Shown: in pieces, positions 35,206 through 48,120 of the stretch
How the letters are laid out: every line of letters starts with the position of its first letter
How positions within the stretch are numbered: the stretch's first letter is position 1
Source: Octopus sinensis
Taxonomy: Eukaryota
Assembly (NCBI RefSeq): GCF_006345805.1
Contig: NC_042997.1
Location: 177,878,001-177,942,000, forward strand
DNA: 64,000 nt
Direction: 5' to 3'
The notes under the pieces: generated by a model
Told to the model about the DNA's origin: nothing
Database searches by the model: none
What the model saw: the letters and a program-made list of their open reading frames with translations, nothing else
Program-made: the position numbers and the translations under genes

Positions 35206-37129
35206 TAATTCACTAAACATTTCAAATAATTTAGAAAAATGTATTTTTTTACATTTGCTTCCAGTTAATTTTTAAGTGTGACTTTCTTTCCCCATTTCCT
35301 TGCCCTCTTATGATCACAATTTATTACAAGAAAAATAAAATATTGAATTTTTGTATTATTCTCTGCAGATGATTTTTTTTGTCACTAATATCTTATAGGA
35401 ACAGGCATGGCTATGTGGTTAAGAAGTTGCTTCTCAACCATATGGTTTCAGATTAGGTCCCACTGCACGGCGCCTTATGCAAGTATCTTCTGTAGCGCTG
35501 GGCTGACTAATGTCTTGTGAGTAAATTTAAGAGACTGAAATTGTACAAAGTTCATAGTGTGTGTGTGTGTGAATTTTTACATACTGTGTGATTCTCATGA
35601 AATATCAACTGAGCTACAAGCAGTGAAGTTTGTTGTCATTTCGTTATCAAAAAATTGTCCACTTGCACTGTATGAAAAACTGTATGGGTTAATGACAAGA
35701 AGGACACCCAGCTGTAAAACAGTGCCTCAGAAAATATATATTCATGTAACCCAAGTTAAGATGGGAAAAAAGGCATAAATGATTGAACAAATAAATTATC
35801 TCAATTTTAAAGATATTGACTATGTTCCTAAGTGATGTAAATTATCTAGTGAAGGGTTAGATGTCTTGCAAACGACTTGCACATGCAAGTGCTACCAGTC
35901 AAAAGCTTCGTATACCGGAAGCCAGCAAGTGTATGGGGTCATCAGGAGAGAATGCGTGCCATTTCAGGGCCTACCTCTCGACGGCATCAATGCGCACCAG
36001 CCCCCCTCACTGATATGAGGCCCCGCTTGCTAGATCAGCTGGTTATCAAATTAAGCTCAATATCCTTCTAGCCATCGCTCATCGTCTCTTTTTAACCAAA
36101 TCCTGTGGCTAGCCTTCTTCACTGTAGATTGGATATCGGTCATGGTGGTATTGACTTTACGATGAGTTAGGCCTAGCAATAACAACAGTTATCAAATAAA
36201 GACTTTGATGAGGTTGTTAAGTTGTACCATTGAATTAATGTTATAGTGACTTAATAGCTAACTCAATGTTTATGTATTTCATGTAAGAAGTATTAAAAAG
36301 CTAATTGAAAATAATTATCTAATGAGGAGGAAACAATTTAGTTGATGACTGATATTCTTTTCATTTTATTCAGCAAATATGGGAGATGATTTCAAATATA
36401 TTTTGATCTTGTTATAACCTCCATAGCCTTCACTGTACACACCAAAGTAGTGATGAAAGAATTGCTAAATAAGTAATATATAAGCTTGTACATTTATTGG
36501 TATAGGTAAATACAGTTGTTTACAAAATAAATAGGACACCATCTGCATGAAAAATAATAGTTAAGTTTGCGTTAGGAAATTTAATGAGTGATTAGAGCGT
36601 TAAAAACTGAATAGTACCATCTAACTAGTGAATGTTATATTGAGAACGTATATTTCAAAATACTAATGTTGGTAGTAATATTGGAAGTATGAAGACATGT
36701 AATTGCCAACATATTGTATATGTAGTGGGGAATAGGATGTTAGATTCATACTGATCAGTTTTCTTTTGGAATAATTCTTGCAACGTTTATTGAATTTTAT
36801 ATGGGTTTTAAAGAAGGAATCCATATCTTTTTGATCCTACTTGATGTTAATAAAATAGTTTTTCTTTACAGTTTATATGTGTGTATATATATATATACAT
36901 ATATATATATATTTATATATATATGTTTAAAGATTACTTGCCTCTTACATCAGATGCTTGTAAAGATGTCTTTTGCATGAGAATGGTACAGTCTTCTGAA
37001 AATGACTCTTAAATGTCTATCCCTTTTTATACTTGTTTTCATTTGCGCATATTTCTTTGCTCTTTCCCCAATCAATTTTTCTTTCTTGCTCTTCTGTTGC
37101 TTTTTTTTTTTTATAATGTCTTCATGGTA

Positions 37130-37330
37130 CATGCTGCAAAAATAATCTGACTGTTCTTTTTCTTTTCCAAATATGGTAAGTACTTGTATACCACACAGTA
37201 ATCACTTGTATCCCACCTTCCCTCTGGTTCAGAAATACTGCTCTGGGGTGTTTTTGGCTGTTGGTTTCCTTTTCTTGTGCTATTGTTTTTAATGATCCTC
37301 TATAATTTATTACATCCCACCACTTGTAAC
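37130..37330 (-). mobile_element. Possible ancient R4/Dong-like LINE RT fossil
   Basis: KHPRAVFLNQREGG resembles the HPKADVDRLYLPRKEGG motif; the match is short and decayed. Confidence 0.35.
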
Positions 37331-38859
37331 AGTCTAATATATATATATTATAAATTGATAAATGTGAACTACTTGCAAAATCATTAGTAGTGATTTCAAA
37401 AGTACTGACTAATTTCAGTTTAAATAAAATCCACTGGAAGATAAAAACTTTTTTTATTTTCATTTAGAAAATCTTTTTACACCAGTTGTTTTCACTGTTG
37501 GATACTTATCTTTCCTACTACTGGTCTTATCTGTATTTTCGGAATTAGGCTATTTTAAAGTATGGCAAATTGATACAATATTTAGTTATAGGCATTGCCC
37601 ATCTTTAGTTTAGTTTGCCTGATTTTTCAACAGTTGACAGATTTTCATTTTTTAACAGTTGTGAGGTTGGTAGTAGAAAAATGTAGTGAAATAAATACGC
37701 AAAAGTTTTCAGCAATATGGAAAAATATCCCACCCATGCTAGCAAGGAAAAATGGATTCAAAGCAACAAATAAATGTTTAATTGAATATACAGTCTATGC
37801 TTGAATCAAGGACTTAAGGTTTCTACAAAACATCATTCAGGAGTCAGATTTTTGCAAAATTTTGTAAAAACAAATTCAGTAAAAGCACAACACAGCCACC
37901 ATAAAGATAAATAATGAAAAGAAGAAAATTACAAAAACAATAACTATTGTTCAGAATGCATTCTAATCGAGAAAAAAACTTAAGTATTCCATATAAGCTA
38001 ATAATTATCAATACTATAATAATTACCAAGATATCTTTTGTATTACATAAAATCTCAAATTTTGAATATCTTCATATATATGTAACTGTAGAATTAAGTA
38101 ACAATGAAAATTAAGAATGTTTTGAATATTTCTGAGAAAGGATTCAGTTTAACAGATTGCTGCATATGTTCCAAATATAGACATCTATTCTATACAAAAC
38201 TTTGTATATGAATTTTTGACTGACACAATGCAACATTTTGATTACTTTTGTGTATGTAAAATATTGTTCTGATAATATTTGGTAGATATCACATATAACC
38301 CTACTGTTATGTATGTTTAGGAAATTTTTGAAAATAATATAGTGACTTGTCAAGAATGCAGCCTAGGGCCGAGAAACTAAACACTGGAATGATTATTAAG
38401 ATATGCAACCTAATACACACATACATATAAATAATGTATGCGTATGTATTACATGGAGATTATTGGAACAATACAAGACATACTTCAATATAGAAGCAAA
38501 AAAGAGTCTAATATGAAAGAACTCTCTCATTCCTGGGCTATATCTGAACACAAAATCTGAATATTTGCTCCATGCTTGCATGAGAGGGTGTCCATCCTCT
38601 GTAATGGCGTAGACTGCTATAAAAGCTGGGGAGTGCTACTATCATTTCATCTACTCCAGTTATTTCTTGCTGCTTGATCTTGGTATCAGAGTATGGCCTT
38701 CTATCACATCTTGTGTGCATTTTGTTTCTTCCTCTCTAACCTTCTTTTCTTTCTCTCTACGTCTAACATCATTTATCTTTCTGTTTTTTTTTTCTCTCAT
38801 TATCTCCTATCTGTTTTTATTTTTGCCTCTTTGTTCACCATATTTTTTTCTTTTCTACT

Positions 38860-39152
38860 CCAGCCTCAGGCCGACCAAAGCCCTGTGAGTGGATTTGGTA
38901 GATGGAAAACTAAAAGAAGCCTGTTGTATATATATAAGTGTGTGTGTCTTTGTCTTTATCTCCCACCACTGCTTGACAACTGGTGTTGGTGTGTTTATGT
39001 CTTCATAACTTAGCGGCTCAGCAAAAGAGACTGATAGAGTAAGTACCAGGCTTTAAAAAATAAGTACTGGTGTCAATTCATTCAACTAAGACTTCTTCAA
39101 GACAGTGCTCCAGCATGGCCGTTGTCTAATGATTGAAACAAAAGATAAGATA
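38860..39152 (+). mobile_element. SINE family A (5'-truncated)
   Basis: cagcctcaggccgaccaaagccctgtgagtgg...cagcatggccgttgtctaatgattgaaac. Confidence 0.85.
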
Positions 39153-39381
39153 TATAGTGGAACTGGCTCTACAGCCCTTTGTTAGAAGCTGTTTTAGTTT
39201 GCACATCTAATGATCACAGGTCTTTCCTTGTCTGACAGTTATGTGGTCTATTAAATTCACATGATCGTTATATAAAATATCTGTGTGAGAGAGCTATACA
39301 TGTATACATATGTATGTGTTCATATAATAGGTAGAAGAAATAAAGTGTTTATAGGTGTGTGAGACATGAACAGGAATGTTT

Positions 39382-39413
<32 letters not shown>

Positions 39414-39415
39414 CT

Positions 39416-39567
39416 CTAGGAGTGGTTGGCGTTAGGAAGGGTATCAAGCTGTAGAAACTCTGCCAGATCAAGATTGGAGTCTGGTGCAGCCATCTGGTTC
39501 GCCAGTCTTCAGTCAAATTGTCCAACCCATGCTAGCATGGAAAGCAGACGTTAAACGATGATGATGA
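39416..39567 (+). mobile_element. Family C RTE tail inserted at (TA)n
   Basis: ggagtggttggcgttagg...gttaaacgatgatgatg. Confidence 0.85.
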
Positions 39568-40999
39568 CTTACATACACTATCAGCTGTGTTTAAGTACAT
39601 ATGACTGTGGTTAAGAAGTTTGCATTGTAACCATATAGCTTTGTGTTCTGTCTTAACTGTGGGCAAATGTCTATGGTAACTTCAGATAGGCCAATGCTTT
39701 GTGAGTCAGTTTGGTTGATGGAAATTACAAAACCTGTATGTGAGTGTGTGTGGTCTGTGTTTGTATTTCTGTATGATGGGAAAGTTTGAAGGTATGTATG
39801 TAAATATGTATATTGATATATAGGTTGTAAATGTATGCAGCCTAGTGAGCATGTATGTCCAAATAATTGATATGAATAAAGCAGGGATATCATTCAGCTG
39901 AAGATTGATCATCTAGTGATATCAATCCCTTGCTTGGAATAACATTAATTATTTTTAATGTTAATACCAATATTTGTATATATTTTCACTTTATTTTATA
40001 AACATTTCCAGTACATTTATTTTTGATTAAATATATTTGGTGTAAATATTGGTTGTACAGAAACATTAGTGGTTATATATAAACTGAAAAGTAGATAACA
40101 CAACTTTAATAGGCAATAATTGTACAAAAAAAAAAAACCCTCATTTAAAATTTGTCTTAACTCAAATCTGAGTCCTGACTCTGCAGATATTCGGTAATTA
40201 AATTTGTTGTGAAAAGTAATAACTCCAAAAATTATATATTTTTTTACAAGCATAAAACAATAAATAAATTTTAAAAAGACAATGAATTAAAAAAATTTTT
40301 AAATTATAGGGAGGAAAATCAGTAATATATGTATGTAATAAAATAATTACCTCATACAGGAAACCCAAGATTTCTTTTGATTAGATTGTCATGATTAACT
40401 TTACTTTCTTGAGGATGGTTATTGCTCTTATTGGAATGGACTTTTCATATATCTTTTTATCTTTATTTATGTAGGTTGTGTTTTGTTTTTATAGAATTTT
40501 GAATAAATATGAATAGCATAATGCATTTTTCAGTACTGGCTCTTGAAAGAAGCTATTGGAAACTTGAAATTCCTAATTCAAGTGTAGAACCTGTATTCAA
40601 ATACAAATAAAATAAGCCGTGTGATTTTGGGTTTGTTCCTGCCGTGTGGTACTGTGGCAGGTATCTTATACAATTGCCTTGTAGAAGATGCTTGGCAGGA
40701 ATAAACTTAAAATAGCCTTGTGATGACCAATGCTTTATGAGTGAATTTGATAAATGGAAATTCTCTAAGAGTTTGTCTTACTCTCTCTTTCTCTATCCCT
40801 CCCTCTCTCTCCCTTTCACTCTCTCTTTCACCCCTTTCCCAACTGAGGTATTCATGTATCTCACAAGACCTATCTCTGTAACACTATTCCTTTCATGCTG
40901 TCATCAACTGACACAAAGCCACCTCCCTCAATACTACTGCTCCTTTCAGTCAAGGGGAGTTTTTGTGTTACAAGATACTTGGTGACCCAGCTGGTGCCA

Positions 41000-41380
41000 G
41001 TACCACAAAAAAGCACTTAGTACACTCGTAGTGGTTGGCATTAGGAAGGGTATCTAACTGTAAAAACCATGCCAAAGCAGACAATTAAGCTTGGCACAGT
41101 CATCCTGTTAAACTGTCCATCTTATGCCAGTATGGAAAACAAACGTTAAATGATGGTTATATATATATATATATATATATATACCGCCAAATTGGCCCGC
41201 GTGCCGGTGGCCCGTAAAAGCACCCACTACACTCTCGGAGTGGTTGGTATTAGGAGAGGCATCCAGCTGTAGAAACTCTACCAGATCAGATTGGAGCCTG
41301 GCGCAGCCATCTGGTTCGCTAGTCCTCAGTCAAATCATCCAACCCATGCTAGCATGGAAAACGGACGTTAAATGATGATG
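41000..41380 (+). mobile_element. Two family C RTE tails separated by (TA)n
   Basis: Copies at ~41000-41160 (diverged) and ~41183-41380 (young). Confidence 0.8.
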
Positions 41381-41706
41381 TGTGTGTGTGTTATTTATAT
41401 GGATGTGTAAGTGTATGTCTTTAGGTTTTTCCATTTGTTTCTTAACATTATTTATTTGCTTAGCATAAAATAATGTCCCTGCTGGTTTTATGCTAACAAG
41501 CAAAAAACATAAATGATGATGATGATGATATTGTAATGAATAGAAGCACTCCACAACATTGGGATAAGTAGAAATTTTAGGTATATTTAGGCACCTGTGT
41601 TTTTAGTCAACACACATTGAACCTAACTGTGATAAGGTACGCAGAGAAAGCAGTGGTTTACCTTTTACATTGTTGGCTGACAGCATTGCTGAGACAGCAA
41701 CTTAAT

Positions 41707-41920
41707 AAGGTGGTGAGCTGGCAGAAGCGTTAGTGGCATTTCGTCTGTCTTTACGTTCCGAGTTCAAATTCTGCCGAGGTCCGCTTTGCCTTTCGTCCTT
41801 TCGGGGTCGATAAATTAAGTACCAGTTACGCACTGGGGTCGATGTAATTGACTTCATCCCTTTGTCTGTCCTTGTTTGTCCCCCTCTATGTTTAGCTCCT
41901 TGTGGGCAATAAAGAAATAA
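41707..41920 (+). mobile_element. SINE family B (young)
   Basis: Near-consensus body with CpGs retained. Confidence 0.9.
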
Positions 41921-42049
41921 CTAATTCTGCTGTGCCTGGGTTTCCAGAAGCAAGTGCCTAGTCCTGTGTACACTTACCACCTCTCCTCTCCTGGATCCTA
42001 TATTCACAGCATCCATGAAGCTATATAGACATGAAATATTGGTTAAGTT

Positions 42050-42215
42050 ATATACAAGGGGGTGTTGAAGTTCCTGGTTTTGGGTAAAAGAAAATACAGA
42101 ATGATGAGTTAATTATGATTTTATTCAACATATTCTCCTCTCAGATTCATACACTTATTGCAGTGGTCCGTCAGTTCTAAGCCCTGTAAAAGAAGGTTGG
42201 GCCTCCAACCCGGCC
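42050..42215 (-). mobile_element. Mariner-type terminal fragment
   Basis: tacaagggggtgttgaagttcctgg TIR-like start, followed by ttattcaacatattctcctctcag, typical of an inverted transposase 3' end. Confidence 0.55.
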
Positions 42216-43467
42216 TTAGAGCCAGAAACACTGTTATATATCTGCCTTACAGTCCTTCCTGGATTTTCTGTAGGGGTTTACCTTTTAATCTTCTTTAAAT
42301 GCTCATGGGTTTATTATTATTATAGTGCTCATGGTTTGGGCAGAACCAATCCCACACTCTTGTCTTTTGAACTTGTAATAGTCTAGTGTCACAATCAGGA
42401 TTTGTATGGAGTTACCTTCTCCTGGATGAGTGGAAGGGCTTCATCTTACCCTGGGTCCATTGAGATGTCTGTGAGTGACCTTCAGGAGGCAATTCTGTGA
42501 CATGCTTATTAATCCGTAGCTGGAACTCTGACAGGTGCTACTAGTCCAGGTTAGAGTAGACCTGGGAACAACAATGGGGTAAGAAGTGGTTCCACACACC
42601 TTAAACTCTGTAACTTCTGAACAAGGGCCCCACTACTGGATGCTGTTTAAAGTTATGTCCTGGGGAATAGTAGCTAGTAGTTTATAGGTATTCTCTCTGT
42701 AATTAGGAATAAATAAAGATAAGTGTCTTTTACTTTAGCCATGGGCCAACCAAAGCCTTGTGAGTGGGTTTGATAGAAACTGAAAGAAGACCAGATATAT
42801 GAATACATGTATAAATGTTTGTGCTTGCATGTGTTTATACGTTCATTTACATTTACTTTTCTCTGAAAATCACTCAGCTCTTGGCAGTGATGTTCCTGTC
42901 ATTTCCCCTATCAATGGTTCATCTCTTACCCTTTCACTTCTGTGGAATAAGATGTATCGTAAATGTGAAGTAGATATGAGTTAGTGACAGGTAACACATC
43001 CAGTTATAAAAACATTACTTTGGCATGTATTTGCCTCACCCATGCTAGCATGCAAAAAATGGATGTGAAAATGAACAAATGAATTCTGATGAGGCTTTAA
43101 TTTAAATCAAAACCAGTCAGATTGATTTCTTTTCCTAACCACAGAGAAAAACCTATCATTTAACCATGACATTTACCTTTTCACAATGAAGCTAAATTCA
43201 TATTTACTCAAAACACATACTTGTAAGTTTACATGTGTATGTGCACAGACTTCATATTTCATAAGTTAATAAGGTTCAAGTTTATTACTGCAATCTTGCA
43301 AGCCAGCAAAGCTTTAGAATATGATTTTGAAATGAATTTTTGCAATAAGTGGGCTTCTTTTTTTTTTTTTTTTTTCTTATCTGGAGTTAGTTGTTTTAGT
43401 GAAAAATGAATTGAATTTGATATATATAAAAATAATTTTGGCAAGACAGTGTAGGCTGTATATAAAT

Positions 43468-43680
43468 ATAATCTTTTCTACTCTAGGCACAAGGCCCAAA
43501 ACTTTTGGAGTGTCAATTAGATCGATCCCCAGTATGCAACTGGTACTTAATTTATCGACCCCAAAAGGGTGAAAGGCAAAGTCGACCTTGGCGGAATTTG
43601 AACTCAGAGTGTAAAGACAGACAAAATACTGCTAAGCATTTCGCCCAGTGTGCTAACATTTCTGCCAGCTCGCTACCTTA
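43468..43680 (-). mobile_element. SINE family B variant
   Basis: Reverse complement from the cttttctactctaggcac tail to the ctgccagctcgctacctt head. Confidence 0.9.
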
Positions 43681-44607
43681 GTATATAAATATATTGCAAG
43701 ATGTACCGAAACAAATAAGCTGGGCTTTTTTAAGTGACAGACAATACTTGCAGTCTTCTGTTTTGTTTCTTGCTAAATTTACAAATTTTTTGTGTTGTTG
43801 ACTCTTTTAGGCATTTTTCAAAATATTGGTTCTACAGTTTTAGTGCAGCATCAATTCTTTGGTATTAATTAACTAAATTCTTTAAACAAAAATTAGTGAA
43901 AACTTAAACCTGTGTTTTAAAGTCTAATTTGAAATATTTTATATCAGTAGCAATATAAAGTTGTAGATTCAATTCATCACCCAGCTCTAGATTGTCTTTA
44001 ACAGAGTCCACACTATTATAAGTAATTTAAACCAAGCTTTTGGTCTAAGGTTAGCTCAGTAGTTTAAACATGCTGCTTTCTATTGTAATAGCCCATGAGA
44101 TGTGGTTTCTTCCTCTCTTACCAGTCTCAGAGACCTTGCAAAATGTCATGTCCTAAGCCATAAAAATAAAAAGAATTAAAATGAACAAACAATCACTGTT
44201 TCATTTTCACTAACCAATTAGAGAAAGGAATTGTATGTAAGTTATAAAGAAATATGTGACTGATAACAGCATAAAAGTCAAATGTTTGATGAAAAAATAT
44301 CACTATGTAAGATAGCTGAGTTAGAAGTAGACCAAGGAAAAACTTAGCATGAAATAATTTTAGACCAGAGATGAGATGCTGCAGGTAAGAGGCCTTAGCA
44401 AGTTTCTATATTGTAGGTATATCCATGATGATGCAAAATAACTTCTTGACTAACTTTTGTAGTTGTTAGGACAGAGACAAGTGATTTATTTGTAATTGTA
44501 GTTTTTTTTATTAAATTATGATCATCAGTGATAAATTTTTTTCTTTTGCTTTGTATTTTTGTTTGTTATATTGATATATTTTTGTGGTGATTTTTTTTCA
44601 AATGATA

Positions 44608-44638
<31 letters not shown>

Positions 44639-46959
44639 GGAATTATGTTTTTTAGTTTATCAAAACATTTTCGTTCTGTCAGTTGCTGCAGTCTTAGTTT
44701 GCCCCCCCATGCAGTATTCTGAAAACCAAGTTATGGTATGGCTAAGTTAATGCTGTGATGTATGTTAATCCATTGACCATTTCTGTCATTTCAGATGCTG
44801 TAGATGTAACCATTATGTTTTGTTTAACCCACAAGCACATAGCTATTGCAAATGGAGGTAATTGCAAAAACCTATGTAAGAGGTTATTTGCACATATCAT
44901 CTGCCAATCACTGACAAATTTATTTTATTTTTATCCCCCTCTATCTAACATATTTAGAAAACAATACTTCTATGTACAGTTTTTGCGTGGAAAAAAAGCT
45001 TGGCTTTGTCAAAATAATTTAAAGTTAAATTTTTTGCCTAGTTTATCCCCAAGTTCATTTTAGGATTTGAAGAGTAAAATTCTTAAATTTAGGTATTAGA
45101 TTTTTCTGAGTTTAAGAATAAGGAATATAAATTACTCATATTATAAGGAACATAGATAATTATTTTCAAGAAGGAAGGTAGATCATTTGAAGAAGAAAAA
45201 TAATCCTTGAGATAAAAAAGTTTTTTCAAAAATGGTTGATTTTTGATTTTGCTCCATACGTTTATCATTGTTTATTCCTCAGATCATCCTGCTTTTTATA
45301 TTTTTTTTTTTTACACTTTCATTATTAACTTTCTATTGTCAGCTTTTTTTAGTCACTAACACATGAACTCACTTTTTATCATAAAATAACAAGATAATTA
45401 GGAATTAGCAATTATTCTAAATAGAAATAAAATGTAAGGGAAAAAAATAAACAACCATTATTGTTACATTTTGTAGCAGATTTAAATTGTAAATTAGTTT
45501 TAAAATAGTTTATACATTTTTTTATCAACCTAATTTTAAAATTCTATATAGTATGCCTGTGTAGGGTTTTACTTGATGTCCATTATTTGGCAGTCAGCTT
45601 AATTGCGAAGACAGACTACTGCACCTGGGGGCAACTAAAAATGTTCTCTTTCATCAAGTTTTTGTTGGGAGATGTGGTTATTAGTCACATTCCTGATCAG
45701 TTTCTAAATATTTCCCCCCAGTATATTACTGCTTTTCTAATAAACTCCAGAGAGATTAAACTTAACCTTAATTGAATCCATACTGTCAGCTGGATGTAAA
45801 GCATAAAATATAAGACTTAATTTTCATCGCAAACTATTATCCACCAATTCTTATTTTTCTTACACCATTGTAAGCATTTATTCTCTGTCAAAAAGAATTT
45901 TGAGAGAATTTTCTGCAGTGAAGTCTTCAAGAAGAAACTATTTTTAAACCATTGGCTTCAGTTGTTATTGCAGAACAATCCCTATGAGGAAATATTTTGC
46001 ATAACACTTGTTTTGTTAAAATAGTAGAATGGAAAAATACAATATGTTAATAGCAGGCAACATTATTGAAAGGAATTTCTTTAAAAAGTTATTATTCTCT
46101 GATTGCTACATTGAACATTTGATCATGTCACAATCGCTTCATCTTGCTTGATTTTTTAAAAAAAATTGTAAGTTTGTTGCCAATTTGCAGCAACCAAAAC
46201 AATGTTTGTTTGTTTGTGTTTTTTAAAGAAATACTCAGTTCATATATTGTTATGAACCTCTGCTGTTTGGGGGTAAATGTTAAGGTTAGCAACCACCGAA
46301 GTTGTTTCAATAATAGTAACTTCAATTGTTAAAGCATATTTGCATGTGACTATTTGTGAAATATGCCTAAAGAATTGTTAGGTTTACTGCTTCTAATCGT
46401 TCTTTCTTAGATCTTAGCAGCCACTGAGTTTCTATAAACATCTATTGATTGCTTGCCAGTCAGTGACTTGTGCACAGGATCCACTTTAGCAGTGTCAGAA
46501 ATATCCATTTTAGTGAGAGAAAGAGAGTTTGTGTGTGTCTTTGTATTGTTGGCATTAGTATCGGTAGTAAATTCATACTCTGGCATCTGATTTTAGATAT
46601 GTATGGGTTTATTAACATAAAGAAGCCACATGAAAAGCAAATGTTATTGGTAAAAATAAATATATCAAGTTGGATTATATCTCCTGGGTTAATGCAATAG
46701 ATTCATGACTGTCACTCACTCTGGAACATAAAGGTTCTGAAATCAAAAGCTATGAGAACCTGCTGATCTGCAGTTATGCTAGTTGTATTTTGTAGATTCT
46801 TCTTTATATGAAGCATAGGCCATTGATGGCTTTTCTCCTGTGTTCTTAACTCTGGGCTGTATTTTATGCTTCTCTCCAAATGGATCCCTGCTTTCAGCTG
46901 TTTTTAGGGTCTCCTCTCTTCACTGAGGGAAGGCTTCCTCTCCCAGATCTTGTTAGTTA

Positions 46960-47185
46960 TAAATTGTCAGTGATGTTTCTGTAACTTAGCCTTTTTCTAG
47001 GTAGGGGTATTGGCCCTCTGCCAACCCATTTTTATCTCTGGAAAGAGATGGTCAGTGACTCTTTGGCCTCTATCTTTTGACCCGTCTAGCATGGAATGCC
47101 CTACAAAGAGCTTCCACTCTGCTGTTCTGCTGGCATAGCACTCAGGGTCACTGAGGCACACAAGCCACCACATCATAAGGATTGG
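46960..47185 (-). mobile_element. Probable RTE LINE 5' UTR fragment
   Basis: Reverse complement reads ggcttgtgtgcctcagtgaccctgagtgctatgcc...catgctagacgggtcaaaagatagaggcca, which resembles RTE 5' leaders as I recall them (not searched). Confidence 0.45.
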
Positions 47186-47932
47186 ACCTTATGGTAGATC
47201 CTTGTAGGTAACCTGGATAAATATTTGAGAAAATGCCTTAATGTTTTATTTGTTCAGGTAGATGAAGCAAGTTTATGTCTATCAGAATCTTTATATCTGA
47301 TCTAGTCACCTTGAAAAAACTTTACCAGAAGTGTGAAGCTCTTGCTGACATTGTTTTTGGAATTGTACAAGCCCTCAACCACAACAGTGTAGGAAGGATG
47401 GATAATCCTTAAAACATATATTAATTTCTTATATTATTTAAATGTTAAAGGAACTTCTAAATCAACCCTACATATGTGTGTTTGTAATGTATGTATGTAC
47501 ATGTGCACAAACAAGTATACTATTGTTATTTAGTCCCCAGTCAGACCTGACCAAACAGTTCTGTGATCAAAAATATTCCAGCTGTGACCTTCTTGTCTTT
47601 AAAAGTATTGAAGATTACATTATCTAATGTGTTCTTTCCCTTTGAAAGATTGTAGGGTATGATTTAAAGGAGCTTTAGTTGCTATTTCTAGCAGCTCATG
47701 TGACAATGTTGAAACTCCCTATTTAGCAGTTTACTTTGTAATATGTATGTGTTGAGTAAGATACTTAGATGAATCCTTTCTTTTTTTATTTTCAACTAAG
47801 AATAATTCAACTGATTGAGGTTGCCTAAATCAGAGACAACTGTTCCAATTTGAAACTAAATAATTCCACTGTTTGGTGATTTTGGTCACTCAAATCACAG
47901 TGGTATAATCTTGTCAGCATATACAGTAAATT

Positions 47933-48120
47933 TTTAAAAACTTATTTCCAAATTGTCTGAAATCTTCTCTCATCAAAGAATTCTTAAAATTTGTGCCTAA
48001 GTTATCTGAAATCTCTCATCGAAGAATTTTTAAAATTTGTTTCCAAGTTGTTTGAAGTCTTCTCTCCATCAAAGAGTTCTGAAAATTTGTCTCCAAATTG
48101 TTTGAAGTCTCTCATCAAGC
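47933..48120. repeat. Degenerate minisatellite, about 4 x 46-50 bp
   Basis: Units of aaaatttgt.tccaa.ttgt.tgaa.tct(t)ctcatcaaag. Confidence 0.8.

Noticed and set aside
43081-43125. CTGATGAGGC...AAAACCAGTC, a possible second hammerhead
   Set aside because: GAAA is AAAA, stems I and II do not pair properly, and there is no adjacent Penelope sequence; at best a dead relic.
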